A DNA stretch of 57,247 nucleotides, from assembly GCF_001194135.2 (NCBI RefSeq), contig NC_068982.1, positions 61,916,725-61,973,971 of the forward strand. Reading direction: 5' to 3'. This document shows, piece after piece, positions 1 through 12,270 of the stretch; the first letter of the stretch is position 1, and the number at the start of each line of letters is the position of its first letter. The DNA comes from Octopus bimaculoides (taxonomy: Eukaryota). A program made the position numbers and the translations under genes. A model generated the notes under the pieces. That model was not told the origin of the DNA. It was given only the letters and a program-made list of their open reading frames with translations, and ran no database searches.

Positions 1-20
1 ATATATATATATATATATAT

Positions 21-51
<31 letters not shown>

Positions 52-178
52 CATACATACATACATACATATATATACATATATATATATATGTATATAT
101 TCATATGTATACATACATATATATAGTGTTTGTGTGTTTGTGTGTGTATGTATGTATAAATGTATGCATGCATGTATA
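1..178. repeat. (TA)n/(TACA)n/(TG)n microsatellite
   Basis: Directly visible di- and tetranucleotide runs. Confidence 0.95.
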
Positions 179-202
179 ATTTTGGACCTTCCTGTCATGT
201 GA

Positions 203-421
203 AAGAACGTGGCTTAGTGGTTAGGGTATTGGTCTTATGATTGTATGATTGTGGTTTCAACTCCTGGACTTCATTTCATGCTGCTCCACTCCACTCAGCT
301 GGCAAACATGAGTAATCCTGCAATGGATTAGCATCCTGTCCAGGTGGGGAATATATATGCCATGAAACTGGGAGACCTGCCCTTATGAGTCAGTATGACT
401 TGAGATGGTAACTTTACCTTT
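203..421 (+). mobile_element. tRNA-derived SINE, head type 2 plus tail M
   Basis: A-box-like TGGCTTAGTGG and B-box-like GTTTCAACTCC, followed by CTGCAATGGATTAGCATCCTGTCCAG. This tail is shared with the SINE at 4677-4993. Confidence 0.75.
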
Positions 422-444
422 CTCTCATAGATGACAGATGAGGG

Positions 445-693
445 TTCCATAATCTTTTGTTGAACAACCTGCATAGATGAGTTTTTAGTAGTGATCAAAT
501 GTTTGTGCAGCACATTGTCTGTACAGGTGCACAGTTTTCCACATATCAGATGTCAGATGTTGAAGTGATTGTAGAGCAATGTGAGATGAAGTACTTTTGC
601 TTAAGAACATGACACACCACTTGGTCTGGGAATTGAAACCACAATCTCACAATTATGAGTGCAACACCCTAACCACTAGGCCAAACACCTTCA
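445..693 (-). mobile_element. tRNA-derived SINE, degenerate
   Basis: Plus strand reads GGGAATTGAAACC...CCCTAACCACTAGGCC, the complement of the B and A boxes. Head resembles those at 22350-22625 and 50745-51036. Confidence 0.7.
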
Positions 694-818
694 CACACGC
701 ACACACATGCATGCATGCATGCACACACATGCATGTTCACACACAAACATAAACACACACATGCATGTGTGCACACACACACCCAGACACCTCACCACAC
801 ACACACCCAGACACCTCA

Positions 819-868
<50 letters not shown>

Positions 869-880
869 CTCTCTCTCTCT
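694..880. repeat. (CA)n/(CT)n microsatellite
   Basis: Directly visible. Confidence 0.95.
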
Positions 881-1149
881 CTTGCTTTTTTCTTCTGATT
901 TGGTTGATAATTTTTTTTACCAGTTGAAAAGAGAGAAGTTAATTAATTTGTATTATAAATTTTTAATTGTTTTAGATACTCAAACACAGTAAATTGCAAA
1001 TATTACTTAATTAATAAAATAATTCATCTTACAGTTAATTAAAAAAAAAAATTATATTATCATAAAATAATAAAATAAAATAAAATAAATAAATTGATCG
1101 CTGATTATTATATATTTAACATTTCTTCAATTTTGATTTCACCTTCAGT

Positions 1150-1660
1150 AATTTTGTATATGTTTCAGGATAGATTAATTAGATTTATCAAACATGGTTT
1201 ATGAAACATTCTTTTCATATCCAGAGATTATGTAGAAAAACTGATTGAAGATTGATCAGATAGCTCAAACTTTTAAGGAAAAGTAAAGAAAAAATATTAT
1301 AACCTGTTTTTGATGCCAATCTGCTTGATACTTCCTGATACTGCCTGATACTTCCTGATACTGTCTCTGGTTCTATACCATAAAACCTATCATTTTAAAA
1401 TGCTCTTTTCTCGTTTTAAATTAAAACCTTTCATTATATTTTCATGTAAGATACATAATGATGAAAAATGTTCATATTTGAATTAAAACCTTTCATTATA
1501 ATTTCATGTAAGATTCATAAAAATGTAAAAGGTCGATTATTTTCCAGAATCTCCTCCAAATTCTTGCTCATTTAAAAATTTAATTGAAACACCACAGGCT
1601 TTGTATTTCATTAAAAACATAGTCACAAAATAGTTAATCTTTCTCCTCTAGGTCTCCTGA
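1150..1660. repeat. Unclassified repeat-like segment with internal duplications
   Basis: 10-bp unit CT(G/T)C(C/T)TGATA x4 at 1321-1360, and a 62-bp-period duplication starting at 1419 and 1481. Confidence 0.5.
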
Positions 1661-1692
1661 TTTATTGATCTTTTATATCTTTAGATACAAAC

Positions 1693-1721
1693 CTGAACCG
1701 AACAAATGTTCCCTTTAATAG
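1693..1721 (-). CDS. Candidate micro-exon of an unidentified gene (LLKGTFVRF)
   Basis: Acceptor tttttaatgtaaag, donor AG|gtttgt. Starts in phase 0, matching the end of the 3442-3541 candidate. Weak. Confidence 0.15.
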
Positions 1722-2524
1722 CTTTACATTAAAAAGAAAAAAATAAGCAATGAGTTGACTGAAAAGAGCAAAGGTCAAGCATCTGACTAAATGTTTTTTA
1801 ACATTTCATCTAATGGTTGATCATGACCAGGACTGATTGTGTGTTTTATTCTTGTGAAGTAGCTATAAATATGAGGTATTTGTTCTTGTTTACCAGAGGT
1901 TATGCAGGTGTAAGATCAAAGATATTCCTACCTGTTCACTGAGTACCCTTTTTTTTTTGAAGACAGTAAGGCTGTGATTTCAGAGAGATTTAATTGCTAT
2001 TTCTAGTAGGTTGCGTAACCATTTAGAAGCTTCCTCACTATTTTGACAAGAGTTGGTAATAAATTTAGATCAATTTAAGACCTCTATCCTCTTTACTGTG
2101 AAAATTTAACCTTGTACCTTGTCAAAAGAAATCAATAATTTACAATCAATTATGGAAAGATTTATGTGACATTCTGTGCTTTAAAATCCGCAACAATTAC
2201 AATTTGAATTTAATAATTTGTATGTGGCAAATGCTAAAGAGCAAGAGGTGAGCTCCTAGCAAAATGAGCTGTCTAAGCCAGTTTTGATTCCCAGTTAAAG
2301 AGCTCTTTCTCTTATACCACTAATGGCCATATAGAAAATCTGTAAATCACAATACCTCATTACTTTGCTGAAAATACAGGGCTTTTGTGTGAATGTTTAA
2401 CAACTACATAAAGAGGATATCTGCTTTGTATTTCTTTATGCAATGCATTTTTTTTTATGAGATTATTTGTAAAAAAAAAAATATATATTGATTTCTTATA
2501 GGCAAATATTCAAAATGGAGGTGA

Positions 2525-2650
2525 AAACAATTGAATTGACTTCAGTATGCTGTTTCTATTGATTTTAATCATCTCCCAGAGGGAATGAAAACAAAGTCAG
2601 CTTTGATGGGGTTTGAACTCAGAATGTGCAGGAAGGGAGCTAAAAACTAT
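2525..2650 (-). mobile_element. SINE fragment with Nin/Deu-like domain
   Basis: Degenerate complement of TTCTGAGTTCAAA...GACTTTGCCTTTCATCC; compare 23150, 30185 and 47350. Confidence 0.55.
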
Positions 2651-2890
2651 AAAGAAATTAAGTTAATACTTAATTTCTTTTTTTTTGTTTGTTTGGCTCA
2701 ATCATTAGTCCATTATGTGTGAATGATATTAGTTTTCTATCAGCTTGCAAATTTATGGAAGCAATATAGTAGCAGTTGAATACTTTATGGTTTCTTCATC
2801 TTACAACATTTTGCATTCAGCCTCTCAAGTTGATTTTATCTTTCACCCTTCTTGTCGCAATTATAGCAAGTAGTTGTAATAATACATTCA

Positions 2891-3337
2891 AGCATAGCTG
2901 TGTGATAAGAAGTTTGCTTCCCAACTGTATGGTGTCAGGTTCAGTCCCACTGCATGGCACCTTGGGCAAGTGTCTTCTACTATAGCATCAGGCTGACCAA
3001 AGCATTGTGAGTGGATCTGGTAGATGGAAACTGAAAGAAGCCTGTCGTATACATACATATGAGTGTGTATGTGTGTATGTGTGTATGTGTATGTGTGTAT
3101 GTGTATGTGTGTATGTATCTATGTGTGTGTGTCTTTGCTTGCCCTCCACCATTGCTTGACAACTGGTGTTGGTGTGTTTAGATCCTTGTAACTTAGCATT
3201 TTGGCAAAAGATATTGACAAAATAAGCACCAGTCTTAAAAAGAAAATAAATACTGGGGTTATTTAGTTCAACTAAAATTCCTCAAGGTGATGCCCCAGCA
3301 TGGCCATAATCTAATGAATGAAACAAGTAAAAGATAA
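2891..3337 (+). mobile_element. Composite SINE family A, full length
   Basis: tRNA-like head (GTGTGATAAGAAGTTTGCTTCCC...GGTTCAGTCCC), body GGCAAGTGTCTTCTACTATAGC, internal (TA/TG)n, tail CCAGCATGGCC...GAAACAAGTAAAAG. More than 10 copies or fragments in the window. Confidence 0.9.
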
Positions 3338-3441
3338 TTTGACATTCAATCATATTGCCTTTACAATATGTGAACAAGGGAAATTTCTTACATGAGTACA
3401 ATGCCATTCACTTTGGAAAGATAGCAGTCACTTTAACTCAC

Positions 3442-3541
3442 TCCACTACTAATAAATACACTACTGCTATTTATTTTATTGACATCCAATGTATGATATG
3501 GATGATACCAGGATCTGAACACGACAATTACAATCAGATGA
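3442..3541 (-). CDS. Candidate internal exon of an unidentified gene (HLIVIVVFRSWYHPYHTLDVNKINSSSVFISSG)
   Basis: Strong acceptor ttcttttacttattccag, strong donor GGA|gtgagt, 100 nt with an open frame, non-repetitive context. No family recognised. Confidence 0.35.
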
Positions 3542-4129
3542 CTGGAATAAGTAAAAGAATGTGTATTCTATGCATCTTTTTCTTTGTAACCTTATATTTC
3601 AAATTCAAAATTCTAATCCCACCAAATATTAGGAAAAAATGATTATCTCCATTGTATTAATTGTCCACTACGGGCACTATAGGTAGTGTATTTGATTAGA
3701 AATGTTATGAAAAGATTAAACAGAAAAATAATTAAAACTCCTGAGTGAGAAATGTTAAACTGCATTTAACATCCACTGTGAAGAAGACCAGTTAACTGAA
3801 CTACATCTCATTTATTTTAGTTTGCATAATAACCACCACACTATGAATGAAATTTAAACTTTTAAGCACTTTTGATATGCGGTACATTATCAGCTGTTGA
3901 AGTCATCAAGTTGACCTGCAATTGAGTGCAATTAGTGATAATAAATCATTGCTGTATTATTGGGTAAATCAAAAATTAATGTTGGATGATGCTTTTATAT
4001 AAACTACAAACCTGCACAAATGCATTTTGAAGACAGGATCGTTGAATGCTCATTCTGTCATTATTGTCATAGCTATCAAGGTGGTGATGATATAAAACTG
4101 GAATAGTTTACTTTACATTGTTTATTTAC

Positions 4130-4257
4130 AATAACTCATCATCATCGTCATGATAATCATCATTATCATCATCACCATCAGTAGCAGCAGCAGAATGTCA
4201 ACCACCACCACCACCACCACCACCATCGCCACCACCACCACCGCCACCACCACAACC
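4130..4257. repeat. (CAT)n/(CCA)n microsatellite running into a gap
   Basis: Directly visible; N-run at 4258-4648. Confidence 0.95.
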
Positions 4258-4676
4258 NNNNNNNNNNNNNNNNNNNNNNNNNNNNNNNNNNNNNNNNNNN
4301 NNNNNNNNNNNNNNNNNNNNNNNNNNNNNNNNNNNNNNNNNNNNNNNNNNNNNNNNNNNNNNNNNNNNNNNNNNNNNNNNNNNNNNNNNNNNNNNNNNNN
4401 NNNNNNNNNNNNNNNNNNNNNNNNNNNNNNNNNNNNNNNNNNNNNNNNNNNNNNNNNNNNNNNNNNNNNNNNNNNNNNNNNNNNNNNNNNNNNNNNNNNN
4501 NNNNNNNNNNNNNNNNNNNNNNNNNNNNNNNNNNNNNNNNNNNNNNNNNNNNNNNNNNNNNNNNNNNNNNNNNNNNNNNNNNNNNNNNNNNNNNNNNNNN
4601 NNNNNNNNNNNNNNNNNNNNNNNNNNNNNNNNNNNNNNNNNNNNNNNNAAAAACTACTGTCCTACCAGAGACTGAT

Positions 4677-4993
4677 GGAGGCGCAATGGCCCAGTGGTTA
4701 GGGCAGCGGACTCGTGGTTGGAGGATCACAGTTTTGATTCCCAGACTGGGCGTTGTGTGTGTTTATTGAGCGAAAACACCTAAAGCTCCACAAGGCTCCG
4801 GCAAGGGGTGGTGGCGACCCCTGTTGTACTCTTTTGCCCCAACTTTCTCTCACTCTTTCTGTTTCTTAAGTAAAGCTGCGATGGACTGGCGTCCCATCCA
4901 GCTGGGGGGGGGGGAGGCACACATACGTCATAGAAACCAGGAAGCCGGGCCCATGAGCCTGGCTAGGCTTTAGAAGGGCGCTTAAAGAAAAAG
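4677..4993 (+). mobile_element. tRNA-derived SINE, head type 1 plus tail M
   Basis: Starts GGAGGCGCAATGGCCCAGTGG (A box 4687-4697); tail CTGCGATGGACTGGCGTCCCATCCAG. Approximately 13-bp TSD ACCAGAG(A/C)CTG(A/C)T at 4664-4676 and 4994-5006. Confidence 0.9.
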
Positions 4994-5599
4994 ACCAGAG
5001 CCTGCTGATAGAGCTGTGTTTTTGCCAGTCATTTAAAATAGACTAGTCCAGAGAAATCTGTTGTTCAGCAGTGTTTATCTCTTATATTTTTACTTAATTT
5101 ATTCTTTCTTTATTTGCTGACAATTTAATATTTAGATTTCATTATTCTTGTATACACAGTCGTTATATGTTGACATATAACAGATTTCACTATTTTTCTT
5201 TTTTTCTTCCTTTTTTGTCGCTGACCTACGTTAACCTCTTAGTATAAATGTTTTAATGAATTAATCCACTTCTTTGATGATAAAAACAAATGAATTTCTA
5301 AAATTCTATGGTTCCAATATATTTCTTAGACTACTTTGCTTTGGCAACATATGCGATCCGAATCAAACCATGTTTATTTCCTCATATTTTATACTGCTAG
5401 AAGGTAGTTTTATACAAATTTAGCATTAATCCAGTTTCATACAACATGTAACATTCTACATTTCAGCAAAACAAATTTCCTTATTAGACTTTCACATCAG
5501 CTTCTTAACCAAAAAAATTTGGACACACTTTTAGCAACTGAGTGACTATATATGGGAGCACTCAGTAGCTCCTGTTTTTAATAAAGATAGTCTAGAGTA

Positions 5600-5900
5600 A
5601 TTACATACATACATACATACATACACACACACCATCAGCATCATCATCATCGTCAGCAGCAGCAGCAGCAGCAGCAGCAGCATCCTTAACACCTGTGTTC
5701 TTTGCTGGCATGGGCTGGAGGATTCAACAGGATCCAACAAGCCAGAAAACTGCATACTGCACTGAGTTCTAGTGTCTGTGTTGGCATGGCTTCAATGACT
5801 GGATGCTCTTCCTAATGCCAAACACCTTACAAAATGCATTGGCTGCATTGCCACTAGAGAGGTCACCAAGTTACTTGTAAGACAAGACAAGACCCTCAGT
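5600..5900 (-). mobile_element. Retroposon 3' end with (GAT)n tail, family D
   Basis: Complement of CCAACCCATGCCAGCA...GTTAA(GAT)n. Related copies near 13440, 25150, 30505, 35695 and 50530. Confidence 0.6.
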
Positions 5901-6280
5901 TGGGAGGTGGCTTTCTACCAGGTATCAAAAATTTGAAGTATGATAGAGAGACAGGAACAGATACCATGGTGTAGAGGAGATACTTGGCTACCCCAGCTGG
6001 AAAGGGAGAAAGAAGAGTGACAGATGATTAGAGATGGAGATAGAAGTGAATGCAATGAATGGTGAACACTGGTTGAGACATGGTCAATGGCAAATCACAG
6101 CTTGAGGGGAAAATAAAAGATTTGAGCCAGGTGGTAGGACATATACCTGTGCATACCTGAGTTACTCCTACATCTGGAGCAGAGAAGTAGATCTGCTGCA
6201 AAAGTTAATCAAATGTCAACAGAAAAGAGTTCAAACAATTAATAGCAAATAGATTAAGGATTTTATTTCCATAAAATTAC

Positions 6281-6331
6281 TTTTCTTCAAAATTATGCTT
6301 CACTTTCATGGACATTGGAAGTGGAGAAGGC
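6281..6331 (-). CDS. Candidate exon (PSPLPMSMKVKHNFEE)
   Basis: Branch-like ttctaac, acceptor ttgtttaag, donor AA|gtaatt. 51 nt, phase 2-2; joins 3442-3541 in frame. Confidence 0.3.
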
Positions 6332-7051
6332 CTTAAACAAGTTAGAAAAAATAACTTTAAAAAGTTAGAAAAATTATTGTAAAGCAATCATGTATTTCAT
6401 GAATCTCTCTTTAAACTTCAAACAATCAAGTAAGAATATTTGAGCTTACTGCTCTACTTTCACTTTTGTTAATTAAAATGACCCCTGAAAATGTAATGGT
6501 TCAAATCATTTCATGAGAAAAAAGGGTATTTTGAGTTGCAATTAAGATGCGTTATTGTTAATGACACCTCTCAAGTTTATTTTCTTGTTTCAACATTCTT
6601 TCCATTTTTTTCTATATTCCCCTATTTGTAACCTGTAGATATCTGTGCTAAAATACAACTACTATTCAACAGAAGTAGCTGAATATTAGTGGTTATAGAA
6701 GAGCTAAAAGAGATCAGCAAAACTGAAAGCTGAAGTTACAGAATAGCACTGGTAACAGTGACAGGTACTAAATCACTGTCATCAGTGAAATTTTTTTGTG
6801 AGAAAGTAGAAATGGTTTGGTAAACAATGGCGTCAGTCAATTTTATATTTCATTTTAAACAACAACATGAAAAATAAAAATGACAACAAATTGTAATACA
6901 TCAAAAAAATTAATGACAGAAATGATTTAAACTATTTTTAAAAAAATGAACAACAAATTCCTAATATATTGGAAAATATTAACAGAAACAATTAAAAATA
7001 TAAAAAGATGAATTTAAAAATGAAGACAGTCTTTCAATTTAGAGACGTAAC

Positions 7052-7118
7052 TGAAATATCAATGAAAATGAAGCCAACATAAATGAGGATTTATATATAA
7101 TTTGGCTATCCTGAATGA
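7052..7118 (-). CDS. Candidate exon (IQDSQIIYKSSFMLASFSLIF)
   Basis: Acceptor ttatttatttcag, weak donor CA|gttacg. Phase 1-2 bridges its neighbours, but the acceptor resembles a SINE-A tail remnant. Confidence 0.18.
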
Positions 7119-7192
7119 CTGAAATAAATAAGTTAATACATAATAGACTTTTCATTTTAGTTTTCAGCAGCATCATTTAGTTACCTTATTAA

Positions 7193-7469
7193 CCCATTAC
7201 CTACCAGTGATCTCATATGAGATCACTTAAAAATTACAAATTTCGTAATTATCTGTCAATATTTACACATATCTAACCTTTTTGCTATATCTACTAGGTA
7301 TATTTCTCTGATATTCAAATAAGGTTTGCTAATTTTTCACCCAATATCTCGCTTATTTCTATTTAAAATGTTATTTTGATCATTCCAGCGTGTTTCTAAG
7401 GCCGTTTTACGCTAGAAATCAAAGTTTCATAAAAAAATTCCAGTTAATAGAATTATGGGAGGTAATGGG
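7193..7469. mobile_element. piggyBac-type MITE
   Basis: TTAA at 7189-7192 and 7470-7473. 14-bp TIRs CCCATTACCTACCA / TGGGAGGTAATGGG with one mismatch. No ORF. Confidence 0.85.
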
Positions 7470-7780
7470 TTAAGGTAACATATAGCCAAAATATTTTTTG
7501 TACATTCCCCATCATGGTTGGTTTCACTTGTAATGATTTCTCTTGTATTTAAAACAAAGGTTCTCCAAGATGAACTCTTCACAACAATACAGCTTCAATG
7601 CAAGAGAACTCCCTCATCAACAAGATGCTCCACACATCTCAAGATTAATCCAGACAAGTGTCTTGGGAGACGTTATTTTAATTGACGAAAGTCAAGCTGG
7701 AATGCTAAACAAAAAAAAAAAAACTGTCCAATCTTGAAGTTTACAAAATAGCTGTGGAGTAGTCCACAAGGGTTGCTTAC

Positions 7781-7836
7781 CAATCACATTCAAAGCTTCC
7801 AAAGTTTGTTTATAAAATGTTGTCTCATTCAAAAAG
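7781..7836 (-). CDS. Candidate exon (FLNETTFYKQTLEALNVI)
   Basis: Acceptor ttaaattatag, strong donor TTG|gtaagc; only one of three frames is open. Confidence 0.3.
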
Positions 7837-7889
7837 CTATAATTTAACATTAAAATTGACAGTAATTGTTGTCAAGTGCTGATTAACTT

Positions 7890-8043
7890 AATGATAGAGC
7901 ACTCAGCTCTGATCTCCGAGGGATACAGTCTTGACTCCCATAGCTGCCTGATGGCAACTTTTTTCATCTTATAAGGGTAAATACTCAATCTTCCTCTGCT
8001 GTTCTTCCAGCTTTACTACATTCAAAATTTACTTTCTTGTCTG

Positions 8044-8082
<39 letters not shown>

Positions 8083-9270
8083 AATATGACGGACTCTTGT
8101 CACATCCAACACATAAGGGCCCAAGAATTTTACTCCCTACTTTTACACTATATTATTGTGTTCATGTCTTCTGAGAGACATTAGAATTGCTTTGTTTTTG
8201 CAAACTGGACTGCATCCTTCTCACAAAAAATGTTGAAAGGAAGCTGTATTCATTTGACCATGCCTTTGATCACCAAAGTGCTCCATTTCTGTGTTGTCAC
8301 CACTCCTGATACCGTTTTTACAAACTTCCCTCCAACTGTTATTGTCAGCAGTATATTCCTCAAATTCTGATGCTTTTATTCCATTATGTTTGATATTACT
8401 CTTCAGCTTATCCTTGTGTCTTAGAAGAAGTCTTCCTACATTTTACATTCTGCGTAAGGCTGGCTATAAGTGAGAATTTTTGGCAGTCGTTTAGCATTCT
8501 TAATTAATCTGCAGCAAGAAGGCCTCTATGCTTTGTATATCACATTTATGAAACAACTGTTCATTAGAGACTTTATCCTTCCATGTGAAACCACAGTTAT
8601 TTCTTAGACATCTCTTGTGGAATATATCTATCTGATATTTTTTGTATATGGTGTCCATGATTTAGACCTATACAGCAATGTTGAGGTGATAACTGCATGA
8701 TAAGCTGAGATTTTGGTTTTCAAACTCATTCCTTTCTAATTCTATACTCTTGGTTATAGCTTTCTAAAGACATCACTAGCCTTAGTTTTCCTATTTATTA
8801 TTTCATCTCACGAAGTACCAGAATTTATTTTACTACCAAAGTATTGGAAAAACTTCTCATACTTTAGATGTTTGTTGTCTTCCAGAGTTTGACATGGTGG
8901 TGCACTGTATTGGAGCCTAGGTAGTGTTATGCCTCTTCTTTGGATAGGTGTTAGTTTTGGTTTGTATATGATTTCTGTCTTTTTACACTTATGGTTAAGC
9001 TTTTGCTATAGAGGAAAACTGACTTACAAGTTTTATGCTTCCTGGAAAGAATTAGCTACTAGAACCACATCATCTGCAAACAAAATGTTTAAAAACACTT
9101 TTGTTTTAGTAAGGGTCTTTTCCTTACCTTTTTGGTGACTGAAGAACCTACCTGACATTCTAAATTTAAATAAAACAATGTTATTGTAGTCCTTGAAGGC
9201 ATACTCTAGTATCAGAGGAAAGTAAATAGCAAAGGTAAATGCACCCCTGTTTTGTCTCATTTTTGACGTG
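7890..9270 (-). mobile_element. RTE-clade LINE 3' remnant
   Basis: RT motif ILFADDVVLVANS in ORF 9033-9260. C-terminal remnants (DKLKSN..., SWREVCKNG) near 8300-8450. Many stops; interrupted by (TA)n. Confidence 0.8.
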
Positions 9271-11184
9271 AAAGGGGTCTAATGAAGTACCACACATATA
9301 TACAAACAGACAGACACATACACATACATATGTAGGTATGTATATGCATGTGTGTGTATTGTCAGTTTACTTAATCTGAGTACAAGGATTAATGTGGATG
9401 GATGAAACTAAGAACTGTTTGTTATCTATGTCTAATGCACTGCAATCAAGTGTTTATTCTTTACAACTGCTTGATTGTGTACTTTCATGTGCCTTGTGAG
9501 TCCAAATTGGCAGAAGAAATTCTCTAGAACATAAATTGCATGGTGGATTAGCTGCTGTGTGTGTTCATACACACATACATACATGCATGCACATACACAC
9601 ACATATACATACATGCACATATACATATACATACATATACATATACATACATACATACATATATACATACATACACATATGTACGTACATTTGCTGCATT
9701 ATAACAAGGAATGTTATTGGAATGGAAGAGTGATGGAGTAATAGATACTGAAGAGCATTAAATAATAAAATAGTACTTATTTTCATCTAACTACTCACAA
9801 ATTCCATAGAGCTCACTCTATCTTTCATCCTTCTGGGGTATACAATAGAAGAAAATAGAATCAGTTCTTGTAGTATACCCAGATTCACTAAACTGGCAAT
9901 ATCCCACACTCCTACAATTTAGGCCTATGTTGATATGAGAAATTCTTTTTATTATTTGTGGTAATATATTTTTAATAATCAATTTATTAATAATTAAATG
10001 CAAGTATTTCCAGCTGTTCTTCCAATGAAATCACTCTACACCTGAAGATATTATGCTTTCATTATTTCAAATCTTGCCTTCAGACTGCATGATATTTAAT
10101 TCTAGTTGTCCATAGCCTTAAGCTTCTGTAAGAATTAATTATTTCAAATCCCAATAAATACATTCGTCTTTTCTTATGTTGCTTTGTTTATTAAATTTTA
10201 GCAGAAAACAAAGAAAAATCAATAATAATACAAACAGCATGAGAAAAATGTAGATTTTATCAAACATTTATAAACTATGCATTTGACATTTTATTGTGCT
10301 ATTGTGCCAATAGAGAAAGGTACGTTTCTATGTTAATCTCAGTCTAGTTTCATGGTTCAATGGCTCGTTCTTATCAAAGGCAACTGACTGTAAAACACAT
10401 GTTTCAATCCATGCAGATTAAAAAAAAAATAATAAATAAAAGAGAAAAAATATTCAGCTCATAATAGCAAAAAAAACANNNNNNNNNNNNNNNNNNNCCC
10501 CCCCCCCCCCCGGCTGTAAACCATTAGAATACAAAGTAAATGAATAAGTAAATAAATAAGAAAAATACATAAGTAATAATTGGATTGATATGAACAATCT
10601 GTACCAAAATCAAATCTGTTGCCTCTAACGTCACTTATATTAACAAAGCTTTTGATATTTTTCCGTTATTTTTTTCTTTCTAAATCTCAACAAGAAAATG
10701 AATTTCCCAAGAAACTAAGTCTAATGTTTCAAAACACTGTTTAAAAAAAAAAAAAGAAAATATATTTTCAAAGATAATGAAAATTTAGTTATACTGCAAG
10801 TAAAGTTAAATATTTTTTTATTTTCTTGCAACAACTTCAAGCCGATAAGATATCATATATCATCAACACTTGGGTTATAGATTCTGCTTCTAGCAAAAAT
10901 AATGTTTTTTATTATTATTCATTTTAAGGAAGAGGAGTTTGTTGCTTAGTGTACTTTCTTAGTTGAGGGGGAAAAAGTTAAGATGGAATAGAATAAAGGT
11001 TTGTGCAGTTAATGTTCAATTGTGAAAATTTGATGAAGGTTAGAGAAATATGGTTAGTAAGATGCAGACACAGTTGTGTAGTTAAAATGTTTGCTTTATG
11101 ACAATGTAGCTCTGAATTTGATCCAACTGTGTGGAACTTAGGGCAAGTGTCTTCTACTATAGTCTCAGGCTGACCAATATACTT

Positions 11185-11515
11185 TTATTCTTTTATTATT
11201 TTACTTGTTTCAGTCATTTGACTTCAACCATGCTGGAGCACTGCCTTAAAGGGTATTTTAGTTGAAAAATTCGGCCCCAGGACTTATTCTTTGTAAGCCT
11301 AGTACATATTCTATTGGTTCTATTGCCAAACTGCTAAGTTATGGGAATGTAATCACACCAACATCGATTGTCAAGTGATAGTGGGGAGGGGGNNNNNNNN
11401 NNCTTTAGTCAGCCTGAGACTATAATAGAAGACACTTTTCCAGGGTACCATGCAGTGAGACTGAACTCAGAACCATGTGGTTGGGAAGTAAGCTTCTTAC
11501 CACACAGCCATGCCG
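11185..11515 (-). mobile_element. SINE family A
   Basis: Complement of the 2891-3337 consensus. A plus-strand family A head lies immediately before it at about 11062-11180. Confidence 0.85.
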
Positions 11516-11699
11516 ATATGTTGGAAAGTGTAAGGAAATATTTTATGTGCGCACACTCACGTGTGTGTGTGTGTGTGTTTATTTGTCTTGTCCTTCTTAC
11601 TATTGATAATGCAGTGAACCAGTGAGTTGTTGACAGAAAACCTATAACCAGCGATGGTACCCACAGATTGCAATGGTTATTATAAAATTATAGCATTAT

Positions 11700-12270
11700 T
11701 TTTAGTTTTGGCACAAGGTCACCAGTTTTGAGGGAAAAGGGCTGGTCAGTACCTTCAAACCTAATACGTGATTGTTAGCTTATTTTGCTGAGACCCCCTT
11801 CGGTCATGACTGACCATGGGATTGCACTTAGAAAGTTACCCTCCCAGGCACAAGTCCGGGTAAGGTTGTTTTATGGAAGACCAGCAGTCGCCCATGCATA
11901 CCGGCCTCCCCTCTCCACGCCACCAGTGTTATCCAAGGGGAAGACAAAGGCTGATACAGCTTGGCACCAGTGATGTCACAACTCATTTCTACAGCTGAGT
12001 GAACTGGAGCAACGTGAAATAAAGTGTCTTGCTCAAGAATACAACATGCAGCTTGGTCGGGGATTTGAACTCACAACCTCACGATCGTAAGCTCGATGCT
12101 CTAACCACTGAGCCATGGACTTCTTTTATTGTTAGCTTATTTTATTGACTTTGAAAAGATGAAAGGCACCGTTGACCTTGGCAGGATTTGAACTTAGCTT
12201 TGAAAGAGCTGGATAAATACTGTAAAGCAATTTTCTGATGCTCTAGTGATTCTTTCAATCCAGGCAGTTT
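11700..12270 (-). mobile_element. Nin/Deu-like SINE split by a younger SINE
   Basis: Tail at 11700-11786; body and head at 12128-12270 (AAAGATGAAAGGC...GGATTTGAACT). Confidence 0.7.
11787..12127 (-). mobile_element. tRNA-derived SINE, head type 2 plus tail R
   Basis: Head complement GGATTTGAACTC...CTAACCACTGAGCCA. Perfect 16-bp TSD ATTGTTAGCTTATTTT at 11771-11786 and 12128-12143. CpG-rich, so probably young. Confidence 0.9.

Noticed and set aside
4677-4750. tRNA gene-like sequences here and at other SINE heads
   Set aside because: A and B boxes run directly into SINE bodies with TSDs; no complete cloverleaf or acceptor stem.
6755-6792. Minus-strand CTGATGA followed by the CAGTGA/TCACTG hairpin
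   Set aside because: No GAAA after the stem, so it is not a hammerhead.
10030-10890. Several strong-looking splice acceptors on both strands
   Set aside because: All frames hit stops before a credible donor.
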